Shown: positions 59,163-64,000 of the stretch, one piece after another
Layout of the letters: each line of letters opens with the position of its first letter
How positions within the stretch are numbered: the stretch's first letter is position 1
Assembly (NCBI GenBank): GCA_040755995.1
Contig: JBFMAF010000034.1
Coordinates: 64,001-128,000 of the forward strand
Source: Acidobacteriota bacterium
Lineage (GTDB): Bacteria; Acidobacteriota; CAIWXX01
Length of the DNA stretch: 64,000 bases
Reading direction: 5' to 3'
Position numbers and translations under genes: made by a program
The notes under the pieces: model-generated
What the model saw: the letters and a program-made list of their open reading frames with translations, nothing else
Databases searched by the model: none
Told to the model about the DNA's origin: nothing

Positions 59163-59557
59163 GAGGTCACCTCTACGTCGTCTGCGCGCCCGGCCCCTGA
59201 TGCCCGCAGCTACTGAAGATGCGCGGTGCGGAGGAGAAAGTCAAGGCTCGGGCGAGGTATATGAAGAGCAGCCAACGAGGTCAAGGAGGCGGGAGGCGAA
59301 GACGTGGTGACCTCGTCCGCGTCGCAGCTCAGCAGATACATCTCCGATCTGAGAGTGCGCATATCATTCAACGACAGGATCGCCTGCATGGTACGCCGAC
59401 GCCTGCTGGGCCGAGTGGCCTCTAAACCTCCGTGGCTCCGCCGCCCGAGCCTTGCGAGGACTTTGACAACTCAGCTTCGCAGCCCTATATTTGGACCATG
59501 ACTTGCTGCTCGCGCCCGCCAAAGGTCATTGCGACAGGCGAAGTTGCTTCTGCCGTG

Positions 59558-60850
59558 ATGAATAGGGTAATAGCATTGGCTGTTTTCCTAACCTTTTCTC
59601 ATCCCATTTGGATCGAGGGCAGCAATTTTGCGTGCTCGATCCAGAGCGATAGCGACGTTTTCGTCCGTGATGTCCTTGAAGTACCTAACGGGGGTTTCCT
59701 GTGCGCCGTGAACGCCGGCGATGGGGGCTTGGCCAAGCTGGATCGCAGCGGCAATATTGCATGGATTAGGCGGTACTCAGGCCCGGGCAATGGCCTCCTT
59801 GTGCTCGATCGGACAGTTGATGGCGGCTATATCCTGGGCGGGTTGCGAATGATGTACCCGGATCCGTATGATGCATGGATCATTCGAACCGACGCGAAGT
59901 GCAGAACCTTATGGGAGAAGGCATATGGCGGACGACGGACCGAGTGGGTAGACACTGTCAAACAGACGTCAGACGGCGGATACATAATGGGCGGGTTTAC
60001 CACATCCTTTGGCCATGGCAATGATGCATGGATAGTCAAACTAGATAGTACTGGCCATGTCACATGGGAAAGAGTCTTCGGCGCCAGAGAGCGCGAGTTC
60101 TGCGTCGCGACATGGGAGCATCCTGAAGGTGGCTACATCGCTGTGTCATTTGTCGGCTCGACCGGACATGGTGATGTCAACGTAATGAAGCTTGATACTG
60201 CAGGGAATGCGGTTTGGCAGAAGAATTACGGGAGCCCGAGGGCTGAGCGGCCTTGCTCAGCGGCTGCCACCTTCGACGGTGGGTGCATCATCTGTGGCGT
60301 GACCGCTGGCTATGGCAGCGAGAAGGATGCCTGGGTTTTCAAGCTCGGGCCCGACGGACAGATTGAGTGGCAGAAGAGGTATGGTGGAGCGGGAACGGAC
60401 TTGGCGGATTCCGTACGTCAGACGACAGACGGGGGATACGTAGTCTGCGGATCTACTCTTGGTGATAATGCTGCAGACTCCTCTGCATGGATGCTGAGGC
60501 TTGACAAGCAGGGTGAGATTGCGAGTCAGAAGAGCTTCGTATGTGCCGGGTACTACGGTAGATTGACGTTCATCATGGAAACGAGCCGACAAGGCATCAT
60601 TGCGGCCGGATATCTCGAAAGTCAGCTTCCCCCGTGGGGCTTCGACTCGCTTGTGCTTTCGCTTTCTGGGAATCTAACAATGCCGGCGATCGACTGTCCG
60701 TATTTGGCGAGCACGAGTGTTGTTGCCAAGGAGACAGAATCGATCTCTTCACCATCCACATGGATCCTCCGATCGACTCATTGCGAAGTCAATGAGACCA
60801 TGACTCCTGCGACTGAAACATCATTTGCGGTCATAGGATTCTGCCAATAA
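59558..60850 (+). CDS. Secreted repeat (beta-propeller-like) protein
   Basis: Signal peptide; about 54-aa repeats QTxDGGY..DAWxxKLDxxG..WEK. Confidence 0.7.
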   Translation: MNRVIALAVFLTFSHPIWIEGSNFACSIQSDSDVFVRDVLEVPNGGFLCAVNAGDGGLAKLDRSGNIAWIRRYSGPGNGLLVLDRTVDGGYILGGLRMMYPDPYDAWIIRTDAKCRTLWEKAYGGRRTEWVDTVKQTSDGGYIMGGFTTSFGHGNDAWIVKLDSTGHVTWERVFGAREREFCVATWEHPEGGYIAVSFVGSTGHGDVNVMKLDTAGNAVWQKNYGSPRAERPCSAAATFDGGCIICGVTAGYGSEKDAWVFKLGPDGQIEWQKRYGGAGTDLADSVRQTTDGGYVVCGSTLGDNAADSSAWMLRLDKQGEIASQKSFVCAGYYGRLTFIMETSRQGIIAAGYLESQLPPWGFDSLVLSLSGNLTMPAIDCPYLASTSVVAKETESISSPSTWILRSTHCEVNETMTPATETSFAVIGFCQ

Positions 60851-61050
60851 ACGCCATGACGGCCTTCGAATATTTGTATCTCGGGATACGGCGTTGATCA
60901 GCTTGTCCGGCAGGCATGCGTCGACCCCCGAACGAAGCGCAGTGGCATGGCCCCGATGTCCGCAGATACTGAAGATGCGCCGTAGGCAGGCGGAAGCCAA
61001 GACTCCGGGGCTGGCGCCAGCGGGTCGCAGCGCCGCTGGCCCGGCGCAGC

Positions 61051-61590
61051 TCAGTCGTCTCTCGCTGAGATGATCGCGGGCGGGGCCTCATCTGCCTGCA
61101 GCGGGACCGACGACAGCGCGGGAGCGGTTCGCTCCAGCGGTGTCGTCAGGCAGACCTCGGTGGCGGATCGCACGAATCCGGTCACGCGATGGATGTGGTT
61201 GATGAGCAGCTCCTGCAGGTGCCCCGTGTCACGCGCGCGGACCTTGACCCAGAGGTCGTACTCTCCGGTCACCACGTGGATCTCTTCCACTTCCGGAATC
61301 GCTCGCAGGTCCGCCACGGTCTTCTCCACGTTCTCCGCCAGCTCCGTTCGCAGATGAACGATTGCGGTGACGGTGTATCCGAGCAGTCGCGGATTGACGA
61401 GTATCGAGAATTTTTCGATGATCCCGTTCCGGCGAAGCTTGGTGACGCGTTCGTGGACGGTGGCCGTCGCCACGCCCACGCGCTGGGCGATCTCGGCGTA
61501 CGGCATACGACCGTCTTCGATCAGCGCTGTAAGTATCAACCGGTCGATCTCGTCGACCCGCACTGACTTCTCGCCCCGGTTCTGACCCAA
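61051..61590 (-). CDS. Lrp/AsnC transcriptional regulator
   Basis: DGRMPYAEIAQRVG..ERVTKL, VTGEYD. Confidence 0.92.
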   Translation of the reverse strand: MGQNRGEKSVRVDEIDRLILTALIEDGRMPYAEIAQRVGVATATVHERVTKLRRNGIIEKFSILVNPRLLGYTVTAIVHLRTELAENVEKTVADLRAIPEVEEIHVVTGEYDLWVKVRARDTGHLQELLINHIHRVTGFVRSATEVCLTTPLERTAPALSSVPLQADEAPPAIISARDD

Positions 61591-61657
61591 TGTCTCTTCT
61601 CCCCCGGACGAACCCGGAGGCGCGGAGATCGAGCTCGCCCGCGCCTCCTGGGTGCCG

Positions 61658-63085
61658 CTACTTCAAATGATTCAGAGCCTGGTCCAGGTCCGCCATGATG
61701 TCGTCGGGATGCTCAGCGCCGACGCACAGGCGAATGAGGTTGCCGGGAATGTGCGCGAGCTTCCGGCCCTCCTCGCCCTGCTGCTGGTGTGTAGAGATCG
61801 CCGGTATCGTGGCGACGCTCTTTATGCGCCCCAGGTCGGTTGCGCGCCAGATCCGCTTGAAGCCATCCATCGCCTTCCTGGCCTTCTCCGGACCCCCCTT
61901 CACGCAGAATGACATCAGATGGCCGTACCGGTTGACGCGCTTGCCGCCGTAGGCTTCATCGTGTTCGGAGTCGACGAGCCACATGTACTTGCTCGCCAGC
62001 TCGTGCAGAGGATGGTTCGGCAATCCCAGGTACTCCACCTTCTCCACGGCCGGATGCTTTTCCAGGAACATAGCGACCTTCATCGTGTTGCGGCTGAAGA
62101 GGTCCATCTTCGATCGCAGGGTCCGCATGTCGTTCAGCGAGAGGATTGCCTGCATCGGATGCAGGTTCGGCCCATAGTCCCTGTTAGGGAGGTACTTGAC
62201 GTAGAGCGCGAAGTCCTGCTTCAGCGCGTCGTTCGGAATACTCGTGACGAGATTCTTGCGCGCGATGACCGCACCGCAGATGCCGAACCCGCTGCTGGTG
62301 AGGGTCTTGCTCGCCGACTGGACTACGATGTCAGCGCCGTGACAGATGGGACGCATCAGGGCGGGTGTCGCAATGGTGTTGTCGACGATGAGCGGCAGGT
62401 TGTGGCTGTGCGCCAGGTCAGCAACCTTCTCGATATCAAAAAAACCCTGCGCGGGATTGCTCGGGAGCTCCCCGTACAGGAACCTCGTGTTCTCGTCGAT
62501 CTTGCTCGCCCACTCATCGAGATTCGTCGGATCGACGACCCACCGGCACTCGATGTCCCGCTCCTGCATCATCCGCACGCTGAACTGTTGAAAGGTGCCG
62601 CCGTAGCACTGCGCCGTCGCCACGAAGTTGCGCGACTCGTTCACATGATGATGGACGTGAACGAGGAACGGCTGCACCGCGGTCATGATGGCAGCCATGC
62701 CGGAGGAGGTCGAGCAGCAGGAGGTCTCACCTGCATAGCCGTACCCTTCGAGCAGCGCGAGCGCCCACTCGTAGTAGTAGGTCGACGGGTTCGCGATGCG
62801 CGAGTAGCACCACGTCGGGATGAGATACGCGAGCGCCGCAGCCATCTCGTCTGAATCGCGATAGGCCTGCGACGTGCTCATGAAGACCGGTTCGATGATC
62901 GACCCCTGGTAATCTTCGATCGCCTCTTCGACCGAGTACAACCCGTGCACCGCGATCGTGTCGAACTTCCAGCGTTTGACCACGTCGCGTATGTATGCAG
63001 TGCGGCGGGCGAGGTATGCGTTGTTCTTATCGATGTATTCCTGCATCCCGGGAGTGATCATCACATCTGGGTTGGGTGCGCTCAT
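61658..63085 (-). CDS. Cys/Met-metabolism PLP enzyme (O-acetylhomoserine sulfhydrylase or methionine gamma-lyase-like)
   Basis: YSRIANPS, SSGMAAI, YGGT, VDNT, SASK (PLP lysine), LIRLCVGAE. Confidence 0.88.
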   Translation of the reverse strand: MSAPNPDVMITPGMQEYIDKNNAYLARRTAYIRDVVKRWKFDTIAVHGLYSVEEAIEDYQGSIIEPVFMSTSQAYRDSDEMAAALAYLIPTWCYSRIANPSTYYYEWALALLEGYGYAGETSCCSTSSGMAAIMTAVQPFLVHVHHHVNESRNFVATAQCYGGTFQQFSVRMMQERDIECRWVVDPTNLDEWASKIDENTRFLYGELPSNPAQGFFDIEKVADLAHSHNLPLIVDNTIATPALMRPICHGADIVVQSASKTLTSSGFGICGAVIARKNLVTSIPNDALKQDFALYVKYLPNRDYGPNLHPMQAILSLNDMRTLRSKMDLFSRNTMKVAMFLEKHPAVEKVEYLGLPNHPLHELASKYMWLVDSEHDEAYGGKRVNRYGHLMSFCVKGGPEKARKAMDGFKRIWRATDLGRIKSVATIPAISTHQQQGEEGRKLAHIPGNLIRLCVGAEHPDDIMADLDQALNHLK

Positions 63086-63533
63086 TCCAGGCCTCCTGAC
63101 TCACGAGGGCTTGCCGGCAGGCTGCCGGCCATCCACCCCCGAATAAAGTGATTAGACATTACGACAGACCGCTATGAACTCGGTCATCCCTCCTCTGCTC
63201 GAACCGGAATCCATCGCGCAACAACCAACTGCGCTCGCCGGACTAGTGCACGCCCGAGCATCGAGCTTCGCAATGGTGAAGTCGATCGTCCAGTCCACGC
63301 CGGGAGCATAGATCAGGAAGGGGAGATAGTCAAGCGTTTTGTTCGGCCAAAGTGCTGTTTGTCCATCCATTCTACGGCAAGCGTTACTAATTACTGTGTG
63401 TTCTTTCGGCAAGCATGCTCGACTCCCGTACGTGACTGGCGGCCGTGGGAGACGGCTTCATGCGCGGGCGGATCACGATCCGGGCACGGGCGGATCACGA
63501 TCCGCCCTTGCTGCGACCCATGCCCGGCCTCGC

Positions 63534-64000
63534 TCAGTCGAACCAGGATGACAACTCGGTCACGTTGATCTCGTCAAGGCGACTGACGATCTTGTCGCAC
63601 CCGAGGAGTGCGCCGACGGGATGTGTGGCGGCTACTGCGATCACCTTCATCCCCGCGGCCCGGCCGGCCCGTATCCCCACCGGCGTGTCTTCGAACACGA
63701 CACATCGATGCGGAGGCATACCGATGCGCTTCGCAGAGAGCAAGAACACTTGGGGATTCGGCTTGCCGTCGCTGACGTCCTCTGCCGACACGATCGCATC
63801 GAAGTACTCTTCGAGACCGAGCAGCTCAAGAATGCTTGTGACATTCAGGCGGTGCGTCGACGATCCGATGACCCGGGGCACAGAGACTCGCTGGAGCTGC
63901 GCGAGCAGCTCCTTCACGCCCGGCAACGGCTCGATCCCGGTCTCTTGCACGACACGGCGGTACAGCGCCTCCTTCTTCAGAGAGAGTCGCGCGACCTCGG
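63534..64000 (-). CDS. HAD-superfamily phosphatase (beta-PGM-like), 5' part outside the window
   Basis: GKPNPQVF, VVFEDTPVGI. Confidence 0.88.
   Translation of the reverse strand, partial: EVARLSLKKEALYRRVVQETGIEPLPGVKELLAQLQRVSVPRVIGSSTHRLNVTSILELLGLEEYFDAIVSAEDVSDGKPNPQVFLLSAKRIGMPPHRCVVFEDTPVGIRAGRAAGMKVIAVAATHPVGALLGCDKIVSRLDEINVTELSSWFD

Noticed and set aside
63090..63200. SAM riboswitch upstream of the Cys/Met PLP enzyme
   Set aside because: Only a simple GCCGGCAG/CTGCCGGC hairpin; SAM-I core motifs were not recognisable. An Rfam scan would settle it

Overview
High-GC bacterial window from a probable dissimilatory sulfur metabolizer. It opens with qmoA(partial)-qmoB-qmoC-sat. A ~26 kb accessory stack (5.7-31.7 kb) follows. 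It is punctuated by three more copies of the sat 3' region (one full-length, two 5'-truncated), and homology among all four copies stops right after the same intrinsic terminator. The first cargo block is a candidate defence island with two convergent operons. One is a dcm relic, a divergent thymidine-phosphorylase-like gene, a 1233-aa Zn-ribbon/protein-kinase/P-loop ATPase fusion and vsr. The other is nurA-like, herA-like and dcm. An IS21 relic and an intact DDE IS are also present. Later blocks hold an integron-type cassette array (two clear attC sites, a probable attI, no intact intI), four toxin-antitoxin modules and gene relics. Next comes a surface-glycan locus with four tandem TRAM-less methylthiotransferase-like radical SAM genes. 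The rest is ordinary: DUF362 proteins, a two-component system, secreted beta-propellers, a YyaL-like protein, Lrp, a Cys/Met PLP enzyme and a HAD phosphatase. All calls come from motif recognition by eye; no database searches were run.
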